The notes beneath the pieces are model-generated. The model had not been told where the DNA came from and did no database searches. It was given only the letters and a program-made list of their open reading frames with translations. From contig JAHQWK010000004.1 in assembly GCA_029856145.1 (NCBI GenBank), positions 128,001-192,000 of the forward strand: a stretch of DNA of 64,000 nt, read 5' to 3'. This document shows, one piece after another, positions 39,011-49,840 of the stretch; the first letter of the stretch is position 1, and every line of letters begins with the position of its first letter. The DNA is from Promethearchaeia archaeon. GTDB taxonomy: Archaea > Asgardarchaeota > Lokiarchaeia > Sigyniarchaeales > SOKP01. The translations under genes and the position numbers were made by a program.

Positions 39011-40756
39011 TTAGGTTTTAGGTTTTCGTTTTCTGACAAAATATACAGCAATTATTACTCCGATAAAAGCACCTTCAATAATACAAAGAATCAATAACAC
39101 TGTACTCAAATCTATTGCTGGGCCGCCAATTGCTCCAGTACAAATATTACCCTCAAAGATATTTCCTGAGCTTCCTGTTTCGTTATAACATACGATATTA
39201 CCTAATAAGATATTGTTAATGATTTTATTGTTATTACTCGTGTCCAGAAATGTACCGTTTTTATTATTATTAGCAGTATTTGTAATAATAGTATTATCAT
39301 TGCTTGTGAGTAAATGAATCCCATTCTCACCATTATTACTCGCTGTGTTACCTGAAATAATATTGTTATCACTATTCATCAGAAATACTCCATGTTCAAC
39401 ATTATTAGATGCTAAATTATTTAATAATAGGTTATCATCACTATTTGTATGAATGTATATTCCACTTAAATTATTATACTGGAAAGTATTAGATTTTATG
39501 AGATTTCTTAGAGATCCACCATCTAGAAGAAAACCATTCATACCATTATGATGCGCATTATTATCTTCGATTATACTATCAGTTATAAGAGAATAATAGA
39601 TTCCAGAATTTTTATTTTCATAAACTGTATTCATAGTACAACTCATATTAATCCCGAGGCCTGTAAAAATTCCATAACCGCTATTATTATAAGCTGTATT
39701 TTTATATATAATAGAGTCAATACAAAACGCTGCATAAAGTCCTGTCCCTGTGTTATGCTTCACTAAATTCTGAATATACTCATTATTATCAGCGAAACCA
39801 GCACTTATTCCATTATTACCATTAGATTTTGCTGTGTTTTTAGAAACAGTATTGAAATCACTTCCCGAAGTCAATGATATACCATTAACATCATTCTTAT
39901 TAGCAGTATTAGATATTATCGTATTCCTATCTCCATCACCAATAAGAATTCCATTATCTGTATTATCATTAGCTTCATTATAAGAAATGGTGTTGTAACT
40001 AGCTGTATCAATACTAATCCCGCTTTGACCATTACGATTGGCTGTATTGTGCAAAATATCATTGTTATCGCTATTTAAAACAATCCAGATTCCGGGAAAA
40101 TTTTGATTATCGTTTAGAAGATTATAGGAGATGGTGTTAAAAGTACTCTGAGTGAGGTATAATCCAATATCTATATTTGCCGATATATTATTATTAGAAA
40201 TAGTGTTAAAATGAGAATTATCTACTGTTAATCCAGCAGTAGTAATGTAAATATGATTTCCATCTAAAACAGTATTATTTACAAATTCCATCTCAATTCC
40301 TATATAGTTATCATAAGAAAAACTGTCAATGACCCTTCCATTAGTAACATTGCTTAAATAAAGTCCGGCCGACATGAAACCAGCGTTTATAAAGGTACAA
40401 TCTTGAATGATAAAATATTCTCTTGAATTTAAGATCCTTAAACAATCATCCATTGCTAAAGCATTATCAAAAGTATGCCCTTGAATTCTGTAAGGATTTC
40501 CAAGTGTGCCCAATCCTGTACACAGTCCAATATCTTTTGCCCATGTCCAATTACCATTGGTTGAAGTATTTGTAGTTAATAGTGCATCAATTGTAATATC
40601 ACCAAAAGTAGCTGCAATTCTCAACGAATCATTATCATAATCCCCATTAATTTCTCTAGAAGTATAAAAATTAGTGCTTACAGTGAGCGCCATGATTGTG
40701 CTTGTTAAAAAAATTGTTACAAAAAATGCAAGTTTTTGGTTTTTTCTATTTAACAT
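39011..40756 (-). CDS. NosD/CASH beta-helix surface protein, tandem paralog
   Basis: Same repeats; GNWTWAKDIG shared; RKRKPKT tail. Confidence 0.9.
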   Translation of the reverse strand: MLNRKNQKLAFFVTIFLTSTIMALTVSTNFYTSREINGDYDNDSLRIAATFGDITIDALLTTNTSTNGNWTWAKDIGLCTGLGTLGNPYRIQGHTFDNALAMDDCLRILNSREYFIIQDCTFINAGFMSAGLYLSNVTNGRVIDSFSYDNYIGIEMEFVNNTVLDGNHIYITTAGLTVDNSHFNTISNNNISANIDIGLYLTQSTFNTISYNLLNDNQNFPGIWIVLNSDNNDILHNTANRNGQSGISIDTASYNTISYNEANDNTDNGILIGDGDRNTIISNTANKNDVNGISLTSGSDFNTVSKNTAKSNGNNGISAGFADNNEYIQNLVKHNTGTGLYAAFCIDSIIYKNTAYNNSGYGIFTGLGINMSCTMNTVYENKNSGIYYSLITDSIIEDNNAHHNGMNGFLLDGGSLRNLIKSNTFQYNNLSGIYIHTNSDDNLLLNNLASNNVEHGVFLMNSDNNIISGNTASNNGENGIHLLTSNDNTIITNTANNNKNGTFLDTSNNNKIINNILLGNIVCYNETGSSGNIFEGNICTGAIGGPAIDLSTVLLILCIIEGAFIGVIIAVYFVRKRKPKT

Positions 40757-40933
40757 TAAATTAACCCTTTTTATGTAAAGACAGTATGTAAATTAACACC
40801 ATTCAAATATATAAATCTATTACATAAGATTCTTCATTTATCAAAGCATCAAAATCAGAATTCTTGTAAGAATTTGAAGGTGTAAGTCAGAAAAATCACA
40901 AAAGTTTTTCAAGAGTATATCCTAAAAAAATTT

Positions 40934-41881
40934 ATGTCATTTGATTTTGTGAAAAAATTAGATTTTGAATCAGAATTCTTTGATCTCTATAAACTTTCAG
41001 AAAGTGCTTATGGCGCGATTGGTAAAGAAAATTCTGGTATGGGTGGAAATGCTGGGTTCATTGATATTGAAGACTATTTGATAATTATCGATACTACTGC
41101 AAATGTAGACGCTGCTAAAGATTTAAAAAAAGCAGCTATCCAATACACTCAAAAAGAGCCTAATTTTATTGTAATTACCCATTATCATATGGATCATCTT
41201 ATGGGAACATCATTGTTTGATAAATCAACTCAAATAATGACATCTGATCGAACCCTTAAAAATATTCAAACAGATGGTAAGAAAAGAATTGAAGAGTATA
41301 AGAATATGGATCTAACCGAAATGGAAGATACTCTTAAAAATGAAACAGATGAGGCGAAGAAGAAAGATATTGAAAATGATCTTAAATTTCTTAAGGCTGT
41401 TCGTTCAGATGATTTTTCTCTTCGAGAACCTAATCTTACATTTAAGGAAGGTTGTGTCATATATGGAAAAGGAGAGTCTGTTCAGTTGAGAACTTTTAAA
41501 AAAGCTCATACTGATGGAGATGTAATAGTATATATCCCTGAGGAAAAAGTATTATTTGCCGGAGATCTTTTATTTGCACGTGAAGATCCCTGGCTAGGTT
41601 CTGGAGATCCTGAAGGATGGATTTCTGTAAATGATGAAATAATGACATTAGATTTTAAAGTTGTAGTTCCTGGACACGGTGAATTAGCTTCTAAAGAACA
41701 ATTTTCCCTTGAAAATAAATATATTAAAGAAATTCTCGATTTAGTTAAAAAACGTATTGATGCTGGAGAAGATCCAACACAATTAAAAAGAGAGGATTTT
41801 TCAGACGAGTTACAATCCTTTGATAGCCAACTTTTAGAATGGAATCTTAATTTTCTCGCCGAATTCTTAAAAAAGTCCTAA
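40934..41881 (+). CDS. MBL-fold metallo-hydrolase (cyclase-like)
   Basis: THYHMDH, AHTDGD, FAGDL, VPGHG. Confidence 0.9.
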   Translation: MSFDFVKKLDFESEFFDLYKLSESAYGAIGKENSGMGGNAGFIDIEDYLIIIDTTANVDAAKDLKKAAIQYTQKEPNFIVITHYHMDHLMGTSLFDKSTQIMTSDRTLKNIQTDGKKRIEEYKNMDLTEMEDTLKNETDEAKKKDIENDLKFLKAVRSDDFSLREPNLTFKEGCVIYGKGESVQLRTFKKAHTDGDVIVYIPEEKVLFAGDLLFAREDPWLGSGDPEGWISVNDEIMTLDFKVVVPGHGELASKEQFSLENKYIKEILDLVKKRIDAGEDPTQLKREDFSDELQSFDSQLLEWNLNFLAEFLKKS

Positions 41882-41986
41882 TTATATTTTTAATTTTTTT
41901 TGAAGAAAGTTATGTTCTTTTATAATCGTTGAATATTATTTGTAAATACGATAATTTAACCATACTCTTTTCTAAATAAGAAAAAA

Positions 41987-42041
41987 TTAGTTCAAATATT
42001 ATGTAAAGTTCATGTGAAGTTTATCAAATTAATCTATAAAT
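41987..42041 (+). promoter_or_regulatory. Operator box plus TATA, site D
   Basis: AAAGTTCA-TG-TGAAGTTT (42005-42022), 11 nt, CTATAAAT (42034-42041). Confidence 0.7.
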
Positions 42042-42101
42042 AAATGTATTACATTTTATCATTTATTTACACAATTCTGATAAATTTAAAGGAAATATAA
42101 A

Positions 42102-42941
42102 ATGAATTATAAAAAAATAGATTTTAAATCAAATTATTTTGATCTTTTTGAATTAGTAGAAGGAATTTATGCCGCAATATCCAAAAATGATTCTGGAGCA
42201 AGCGTAAGTGCCGGATTCTTTGATTTAGGTAATTATCTAATTGTATTTGATACTCATATATATCCAGGTGCTACTCACGATTTATATAAAGCAATAAAAG
42301 AATTATATGATAAAGATCCCTCATTTATTATTAATAGCCATTATCACAGTGATCATATGTTTGGTAATTACCTCTTTCCAGAGAACATTCCAATTATGAG
42401 TACCCCTCTTACATTGGAAAAAATCAAAGAAGTATGCTGTGATCAGCTTAAACATTTTAGGGAAACCGCAGATGAAGAAATACTAAAACGTAAGGAAATG
42501 TTAAAATCTGAAGATGCTCCTTTTGGCGAGATTGAAATTTATAATGACTTAGAATTCTATAAATATGTAAAAGATCCAAATTTCAACATCAGATTACCAG
42601 ATTTCTTGATTAAAGATGAAATAATAATAAATGGAACCAAAAAGACTGTTCATTTGATTCCTTACGGTGTTGGACATACAGAATCTGACATTATCGCTTA
42701 TTTTCCAAATGAAAAAATCTGTTTTATGGGGGATTTATTATTTGCTGATTTGGACGAGAGCTGGGCACCAAACGAAACTGGAAGATTTAATGCCGTTAAT
42801 CCATCAAATTTATACAAAATTCTGAAATCTATAATAGAGAAAGATATTGAGATTTATGTGCCGGGACACGGAGAGCTATCAAAAAAAGATGCTGTTCAAA
42901 TGAATATAGACTTTATAAAAAAATATTTTATTGAACAATGA
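42102..42941 (+). CDS. MBL-fold metallo-hydrolase, paralog
   Basis: SHYHSDH, GHTESD, FMGDL, VPGHG. Confidence 0.9.
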   Translation: MNYKKIDFKSNYFDLFELVEGIYAAISKNDSGASVSAGFFDLGNYLIVFDTHIYPGATHDLYKAIKELYDKDPSFIINSHYHSDHMFGNYLFPENIPIMSTPLTLEKIKEVCCDQLKHFRETADEEILKRKEMLKSEDAPFGEIEIYNDLEFYKYVKDPNFNIRLPDFLIKDEIIINGTKKTVHLIPYGVGHTESDIIAYFPNEKICFMGDLLFADLDESWAPNETGRFNAVNPSNLYKILKSIIEKDIEIYVPGHGELSKKDAVQMNIDFIKKYFIEQ

Positions 42942-43073
42942 ATGGATTAGATAGCTATATTCCCTTTTAGTATGAATAATAAGTGGTTAAGTTTCAATTT
43001 TAAGTATTAGACATTTTTGATCAATCCGCTATGTTGATGCTTAATTTTATTTCTCTCTAAACCTAAAAACAAG

Positions 43074-44120
43074 CTAAATAAGATTCTTTTTTTTTATAAT
43101 TTTATAATACTTATCACGTTCTTGGCGTATAAGTTTTATTTCTTCTCTTAAATCTGTTAATTCTCGTTTAATATTCTCCTTTTCATTATTTACACCCAAG
43201 ATCCTATCGTTCAATTTCTTAATTTCGATTTCTAAATTCGGAACTGATTCACTGTCTCTTTTTGCTTTTAGTACTTGAAATTTTAACTTTTTATTAGTTT
43301 CATTCAATTTTTCAATTTCATGATTTAAGGTATCGTTTTCCATCTTAATTTTTTTAATTTCTGTTAGTAGTTGTTCAGCACCTTTTTCGATTTCATCTGT
43401 ATCACCTAATTTTGCTTTTAAGTTATTAATTCGTTCATCTTTCTGGTCCAATGCTAATTTTTGTACATTTAATAATCTAGTTGATTCTCTATTTTTTGAT
43501 GTTAAAGTGGCGTTATATTCATTTAAATCTGCCATTTGGTTACTCCAATTTTCTAATTTTGAATATAATCCAGTTACCTCATTTTTTAAAGCTTCAACGT
43601 TTCTTAAATGTTCAGATCTGTCAGAAACTAACATAGAAACTTTTTGAGCAAGATCATTAATTTTTCCTTTCTTTTCTCCTATTTCTTGTTCAAATCCTCG
43701 TCTCTCTTGCCAATAGGCATCGAGTTCACCTTTTTCTAACAACTCGTAGGATTTTGCAAATAGTTCTTTAAACTTTTTTTCCTTTCTTTGAGGTAATAAT
43801 TCAAAAGCAATTCTTCGTACTTGACCCTCAAAATTTTTTGGAAGTATATCCTCATCAGAAAGGAATACTGTAATTACATGATCTCCCTTCCCAATAAAAT
43901 GCTTGGAAGAATGACCCGTAAAAAAACTAGCTACACTAAGATCACGCTTTATTTGCATTTCTAAATAATTGGAACCTGTCCTCACCCTCTTATGTTCCTC
44001 AAAAACAGTCGAAAGCATTGAATCTGTTACTCCTAATTCTTCACAGATATTTTGCGGATATTCAACATCTTTAGTTAATTCTGATTTCTTATCTAGATTT
44101 AAAATCACAATTCCTTTCAA
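43074..44120 (-). CDS. Longin-like domain plus long coiled coil
   Basis: 'KGIVILNLDKK.......EYP' start; heptad-rich C-terminal half. Confidence 0.6.
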   Translation of the reverse strand: MKGIVILNLDKKSELTKDVEYPQNICEELGVTDSMLSTVFEEHKRVRTGSNYLEMQIKRDLSVASFFTGHSSKHFIGKGDHVITVFLSDEDILPKNFEGQVRRIAFELLPQRKEKKFKELFAKSYELLEKGELDAYWQERRGFEQEIGEKKGKINDLAQKVSMLVSDRSEHLRNVEALKNEVTGLYSKLENWSNQMADLNEYNATLTSKNRESTRLLNVQKLALDQKDERINNLKAKLGDTDEIEKGAEQLLTEIKKIKMENDTLNHEIEKLNETNKKLKFQVLKAKRDSESVPNLEIEIKKLNDRILGVNNEKENIKRELTDLREEIKLIRQERDKYYKIIKKKNLI

Positions 44121-44265
44121 TTTATATCCCTAATAAGTAATAAATTAGCTAATTCCAAATATGCAAATATAATGTTCACTCTAATATTAATTAAGATTAT
44201 CAAATTTTTTAAAATTGCTATATATCATTAATGCATTTCAAAAAAAAACCACAAACTATTAATCC

Positions 44266-44634
44266 TTACTTTAAGTATGTGTTCACCAATTCTCTAAATT
44301 CATTAACTTTAATTGGTTTAGAGATATATTCATTAAATCCTGCTGATAAAATTCTATCTTTATCACCTTTCATTGCAAAGGAGGTTACTGCAATTATTGG
44401 TATTTCCCTAAATTTCTCAATATTTCGTAGTTCGGTACATATATCAATTCCACTCATTTCTGGAAGTTGGATATCTAAAATAACTAAATCAGGATTCCCA
44501 GTTTTTATTAGTTCTAATCCTAAATCTCCACGTGTTTCTTCAAAAATTTCAACATTCGGTATTAATTTTAAAATTGCTCTAAACAACTTCATGTTTTTTT
44601 CATTATCCTCAATAACATACACATTTCTAGTCAT
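44266..44634 (-). CDS. Single-domain response regulator (DivK-like)
   Basis: IEDN, LDIQLPEMSG, AVTSFAMKGD, ISKP. Confidence 0.95.
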   Translation of the reverse strand: MTRNVYVIEDNEKNMKLFRAILKLIPNVEIFEETRGDLGLELIKTGNPDLVILDIQLPEMSGIDICTELRNIEKFREIPIIAVTSFAMKGDKDRILSAGFNEYISKPIKVNEFRELVNTYLK

Positions 44635-44798
44635 AAATAATAACCCCGATTCTCTTCTATTGAAATTATTAAATATTTTTTTTTCTAATTTTATTTTAAA
44701 ACCATTTTCTTGAAACGGTTATATAAATCATTTTTGATTTATTATTTAAATCTATTTTTAAAAATATCAAATTGAAGTAGCAAAATCAAAAATAATAA

Positions 44799-46340
44799 TC
44801 ATGATATAAATTTTGCTTTTAATTCTTGAGCAACCTTAGCAATTTTTTTCAGTTCTTCAAAATCTTTCTCTATCATTGATTTCATTATGTCAATCTTGAG
44901 TTTTTTAACTTTTTCAAGGGTTACAGAAAATTCCTTGTTGATATCATCATAGAGTTCATCGATGTTGTTATAAAGAATCTGAGCATGTTCTTTATCCATA
45001 ATCTCAGAGTTAATAATCATGTTTTGATATGAATTATTTAATTCATCTAACCAATTCCTTCCGAGTTCCTTTATTGGGAAAAGATCATCGAGTTTACCCG
45101 TTCTAATCGCTATTTCAAACTTATCTCTATAGTTTTCAAATAACTTCTTAAAATAATTATTGATTTTATTTTCAATAGCTTTTAAGTTAATATTTGGGTT
45201 CATAAAAAGAGTCACTGTATAATTGTCATAACCAAATATATTCATTTTCAAATTACTCCCTTTTAAGCCAAAACCTGTTAAGTTTTGAATGTTTAATTCT
45301 AAGGAAAACTTTTCAAGTGCGCTAATAAACATTGGAATTAATTCAAGATCAACTGGAATTATTGTATCGTCATTTGGCATACTTTGAGAAATAAAGTCTT
45401 TAAGAGCATCATCAAATAATTCAAGCTTTATTAAAGATTTTCCATCCTTATCTGCTATTATTGCTCCTATAATTGACGGTACTACTTCCTTTATTGCTAA
45501 TTTAGTAGGGACTAAACGCCTTTCAGATTTATTAAAAGGAGCAGATGAAAAACTGCTTAATATCTTATTGTATATAACTTTACCTTTATTTGTCAAGCTA
45601 AGAAGGTCTTTATTCTCAACGTGCTTTATTTCAATATGCCCTTTGTTAGCGAGGCTTTCAACAAGATAATTAGTTAATTTTTTAGGATGGTTTAATTTTT
45701 CATGAAGATTTTCTTTAGTAATTACAACTTCTTTATCAATTTGATGTATAAGTTTAATTGATTCATCAACAATATTTAATAGTAAACCTTCATCATCGGG
45801 TATAATATCTTGAAGACAGATTTTCATAATATCAATCAAATTTGAAAAAGTCTGGGTAAAATAATCCCTTTTTAAACTTGTAAATAAAAAATTTATTAAA
45901 TTTTCATTTGGAAATTCAGTTTTGACAAGTGATTTGATTTCCCTAACTTTTTTTTCACTCACTAGATCTATTTTATGTAATAAAACAAAGATATATGTTG
46001 AAGGTGTTATGGTATTCCTTAAATCTATTATTTTTCTTACGAATTTAAAAATTTCATCATAACTAGACACAATATCTATTACAACTAAAATCAGTTTAGT
46101 GCCAATGAAAATTCTTTTTTCATCTGTATCAAGCCATCGCTTATTTTCTTGTCCTGCAAGATCAAATATACCAACGTCTTGATTTAAACTAGGCAATCTC
46201 ATTATTAATGATTCTTCACCGTAGGTTGGTTCTAATGCATATTCTAATAATTTTGTTGAACTTTCACCTTCAAAAAAGACCTTACGGAGCGTTGTTTTTC
46301 CTGCACCGGGAGGTCCTACAAAGATAATTTTTTCACTCAT
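44799..46340 (-). CDS. Rag/Gtr-like small GTPase plus winged helix plus roadblock/longin-like domain
   Basis: GPPGAGKT, EPT, DLAGQ, HKID, FTS; 'IIGAIIADKDGKSL'. Confidence 0.8.
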   Translation of the reverse strand: MSEKIIFVGPPGAGKTTLRKVFFEGESSTKLLEYALEPTYGEESLIMRLPSLNQDVGIFDLAGQENKRWLDTDEKRIFIGTKLILVVIDIVSSYDEIFKFVRKIIDLRNTITPSTYIFVLLHKIDLVSEKKVREIKSLVKTEFPNENLINFLFTSLKRDYFTQTFSNLIDIMKICLQDIIPDDEGLLLNIVDESIKLIHQIDKEVVITKENLHEKLNHPKKLTNYLVESLANKGHIEIKHVENKDLLSLTNKGKVIYNKILSSFSSAPFNKSERRLVPTKLAIKEVVPSIIGAIIADKDGKSLIKLELFDDALKDFISQSMPNDDTIIPVDLELIPMFISALEKFSLELNIQNLTGFGLKGSNLKMNIFGYDNYTVTLFMNPNINLKAIENKINNYFKKLFENYRDKFEIAIRTGKLDDLFPIKELGRNWLDELNNSYQNMIINSEIMDKEHAQILYNNIDELYDDINKEFSVTLEKVKKLKIDIMKSMIEKDFEELKKIAKVAQELKAKFIS

Positions 46341-47658
46341 TTTTATCAAGCAGTTTTTTTTTCAAATAGTAAACATTTTTTAGTTTTAATCTAATTTGAC
46401 CAATTATCCATATTAGTTTATTTGCACTAAGGGTCTCAGAAAGGCAAATTAAATTTTTAAGACTAAATTTTTTGTAATTCAAGCTATTCATAATGATATT
46501 AAAATTAGAACTTGAGAGGATTAAATGCTCAATTTTATCATTCATAGCCATGTTTTCAAAAGTTTTATTCAACTGTGTTATAAGTCTATGCGAATGATTA
46601 ATAATCACTGTATTAAAATCTTTAGACATCGATTGTACTATTATATTATCATTTAAGTTAGTTATAAAAAACATTGTTTTAGAAAAATCTCCAATTATAT
46701 CATCCAATATCTTTTTTAGATATATATTTTCTTTAGAAAAACCACTTAATAGTTCATAAAATGCGTTGTATAGGCTGTATATTAATTTTGGATAAATGCT
46801 TGTGTAATAAATAGAAATGTCAAATTTTCTTTTTATTTCATTAGTAATTTCCTTTAGAATCTTTCGTCTAGACTCCTTTCCAATCAGATCTATTTTATGA
46901 ATAAAAAGGATTACCTTGGCACTATAGGATTTATTAGTCATAATATCTCTAACTTTTTGGATATCATCTACAATTTGTTGGGAGTTAGAAACCCAAGTTG
47001 GATAATCGAATAGATATATAATAATATCAGTATTTTCAAATGCTAAGATATGATCACTATCATTTTCATTTTCCAGTAAATAACTTAACTCTTGTCCAGA
47101 AGAATCAAATAATCCTAATTTTAAATCCAACCATGAGTAGACAGATGGTGATATTCCACGTGTTGGTTCTAAAGGATTATATAATAAATCCTTGGGATTA
47201 TATCCTTCAAAAACAATTTTCTTAATACTTGTTTTTCCCGTACTAGCTCTTCCTATTAATAAGAATTTTTTTGTTGACGATTCTTCAAAAAAGGTGCCAA
47301 TTCTTTCCATAAAATATTTTTTTCTGTCATCCCTGGTTTTTTGTAAAGCTTTTTTTGAAAAATCAATAAATTTAGCTTTCAATGTATAAAGGTTAATCTT
47401 TTCCTTTTCATCAAGAATAATTACAAATATTTCATATCCTACATCCGTAACTTTAGATTTATCACAAAAACTCAGAATGGTTTGATCTTCATATGTAATC
47501 TCAATAATTTCGTCTTTAGTAAAATCTTCTTCATATGAATGAGTCATATATATTTTATTAATTAATTCATCTGTTAATTTTAAATCTAAAGGATATTTCA
47601 TCTCAAGTGTAGCACCCATCTTTGTATCCCAACTGAAGAATGCTAATCCTATAATCAT
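46333..47658 (-). CDS. Longin/uDENN-like plus Rag-like GTPase plus roadblock-like protein
   Basis: 'IGLAFFSWDTKMGATLEMKYP'; GRASTGKT, EPTRG, DSSGQ, HKID, TSIY; start set by AGGTGA RBS. Confidence 0.8.
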   Translation of the reverse strand: MIIGLAFFSWDTKMGATLEMKYPLDLKLTDELINKIYMTHSYEEDFTKDEIIEITYEDQTILSFCDKSKVTDVGYEIFVIILDEKEKINLYTLKAKFIDFSKKALQKTRDDRKKYFMERIGTFFEESSTKKFLLIGRASTGKTSIKKIVFEGYNPKDLLYNPLEPTRGISPSVYSWLDLKLGLFDSSGQELSYLLENENDSDHILAFENTDIIIYLFDYPTWVSNSQQIVDDIQKVRDIMTNKSYSAKVILFIHKIDLIGKESRRKILKEITNEIKRKFDISIYYTSIYPKLIYSLYNAFYELLSGFSKENIYLKKILDDIIGDFSKTMFFITNLNDNIIVQSMSKDFNTVIINHSHRLITQLNKTFENMAMNDKIEHLILSSSNFNIIMNSLNYKKFSLKNLICLSETLSANKLIWIIGQIRLKLKNVYYLKKKLLDKNE

Positions 47659-47668
47659 GTTTAAATTA

Positions 47669-49804
47669 TCACCTATTTTTTTCCTCAAATTTTTTAGATA
47701 TACTAAAAGTAAATGTAGATCCCATACCTAAAACACTTGTGAAGGTAATTTCACCACTATGTAATTCAATAAGCCTTTTAGTTAATGACAATCCGAGTCC
47801 AGTTCCAGGCACAGATCGTACATATGTGGAATTAACTCTTTTAAATTCTTTAAAGATTAAAGGAAAATCTTTGCGTGCTATTCCTATCCCTGTGTCTCTT
47901 ACTTTAAAAACCCATTGATTATACCCTTCTTTAACTATTAATTCAACTTGCCCTTCAATCGTAAATTTAATAGCATTACTTACCAAATTCAATAAAATTT
48001 CCTTAAATCTAATAGGATCAGCAAATATAAATTTTTCTTCTTTTAATCCTTTAATCTTGAATTTTAAATCTTTTTTACTATATAAAGGTTTTAGACTGGA
48101 TTTAATTTGATCTATCATAGGGTTCAAAGGAAACTTCTGAATATTTAAGGAGATCTGTCCAGATTCAATTTTAGAGATATCCAATATATGTTTGATCATA
48201 TCAAATTGATGTTCAGCCGAACTTTTAATATCTGTTATAAATTCCTTTTGTTCCTCATTCAATTGCCCATAAACTCCTTCTAAAAGCAAATCAGCGAATC
48301 CAATTATAGCATTCAACGGAGTTCTTAATTCATGCGACATAGTAGCCATAAATTCTGTTTTGAACTGTGATGATTTTACAATTTGATCTAAATAATATTT
48401 CTGTTGTTCAAGGGCTTCATTTAATTCTCTTGTTCGAATTTGAACTTCGGTTTCTAATTCATCTTTAAATTTATGTTCTAAAAGCTCTACCTTCTTTTTT
48501 TCAGTAATGTCTTCAAAAATCAGTTGAATTAAAGTTTTAGCATCCTGCTTTATGACAGATGCTTGAATTTCAACCCACAATAAATCTCCTTTAAAAGTTT
48601 TAACTTTGACTTCTATAGGTTCAGGAAAATCTTTTAAAAAAGAGGTTTTGAAAATTTGTTTAAAATATTTTTTAATTTCTATATGAAAAATATTATTATA
48701 AGCATCAATGGATTTTCCAATGATATCACTTCGATCCAAACCGAATAAAACTTCTGTTGTAGGATTAGAATCTACAATAATACCATTCAAATCAATAATA
48801 AATATTGCATTAGGAGAATTATCAAATAAAGCCTTATATCTCTCTTCAGCTAATTTGCGCTCATTAATATTCCTTGAAATTATCAAGCCTTTCAATTCTT
48901 TATCTCTATCAATAATAATCTGTCCACTACACTCAAACCAGAGCCAATATCCCTCCTTATGCTTAAATCGTAATTCAATCACAGATTCTCCTGGTTGAAA
49001 TCCTTTCTTAAAAGTATTAACGGCTCGTTCAACATCCTCCGGATGAATATATTCTAGAGCAGAGTTTCCTATAACATCCTTCTTTCGATATCCTAATAAT
49101 CTGAAGACAGTTTCTTCATTTAAATATTCGAATTTAATTTTACGGTCAATTATAACTATGAGATCATTAATGTTTTCAATAATAAGACGATATTTTTCTT
49201 CAGATTCTTTTAACAGATTTTCCATTTTACTTCGTTCTAAGGCATTTCCAATAATTTGTGATGATATGCGTAAAGGTGACAAATCACTCTCTTTCCATTC
49301 TTTTTGTATTGAATCATTTGCATACCCTATAAATCCAGCTAAATCTGTTTTAATATAAAGTGGGAATACTAATAAAGATCTAATATTATTAAGGTTCAAT
49401 AATCTTTTTGTAGCTTTAGCTTCATCTGGTAAACTTGAAGCATCATAAACATTAATTATATTTCCCCTTCTAAGTTGCTCGTTCCACCATGGAAAACTAT
49501 GAACCCATGAATTTTCAAAGTATTGAAATAGTGGATTTATTCCTTCTGTACACCATTCATATGTGTGATTTAAATTAATTCTGTTATCATTAAAAATACA
49601 CAAAACAACACGACTAGCTCCACTTAAAATTCCTATATCACGTAGTGTAGCATTAATTGCATCATTAATTTCTATATTTCCAAGAAAACGGGAGGATATT
49701 GTATAGGCTAAAACCTCTAAACTTGACCAGTTCTTAAATATTCTATCTGCTTCTTTAACTAAATTTTTTTCAGTCCCTGAAATTTCTTTTTCTCCTAAAA
49801 ACAC
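47669..49804 (-). CDS. Cytoplasmic GAF-PAS-PAS histidine kinase
   Basis: SHELRTPLN H-box; N, DTGIG and GTGLGL boxes. Confidence 0.95.
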   Translation of the reverse strand: MFLGEKEISGTEKNLVKEADRIFKNWSSLEVLAYTISSRFLGNIEINDAINATLRDIGILSGASRVVLCIFNDNRINLNHTYEWCTEGINPLFQYFENSWVHSFPWWNEQLRRGNIINVYDASSLPDEAKATKRLLNLNNIRSLLVFPLYIKTDLAGFIGYANDSIQKEWKESDLSPLRISSQIIGNALERSKMENLLKESEEKYRLIIENINDLIVIIDRKIKFEYLNEETVFRLLGYRKKDVIGNSALEYIHPEDVERAVNTFKKGFQPGESVIELRFKHKEGYWLWFECSGQIIIDRDKELKGLIISRNINERKLAEERYKALFDNSPNAIFIIDLNGIIVDSNPTTEVLFGLDRSDIIGKSIDAYNNIFHIEIKKYFKQIFKTSFLKDFPEPIEVKVKTFKGDLLWVEIQASVIKQDAKTLIQLIFEDITEKKKVELLEHKFKDELETEVQIRTRELNEALEQQKYYLDQIVKSSQFKTEFMATMSHELRTPLNAIIGFADLLLEGVYGQLNEEQKEFITDIKSSAEHQFDMIKHILDISKIESGQISLNIQKFPLNPMIDQIKSSLKPLYSKKDLKFKIKGLKEEKFIFADPIRFKEILLNLVSNAIKFTIEGQVELIVKEGYNQWVFKVRDTGIGIARKDFPLIFKEFKRVNSTYVRSVPGTGLGLSLTKRLIELHSGEITFTSVLGMGSTFTFSISKKFEEKNR

Positions 49805-49840
49805 GTTTTTAATTTTTCCTCATTTAATTTTCATTTTATA

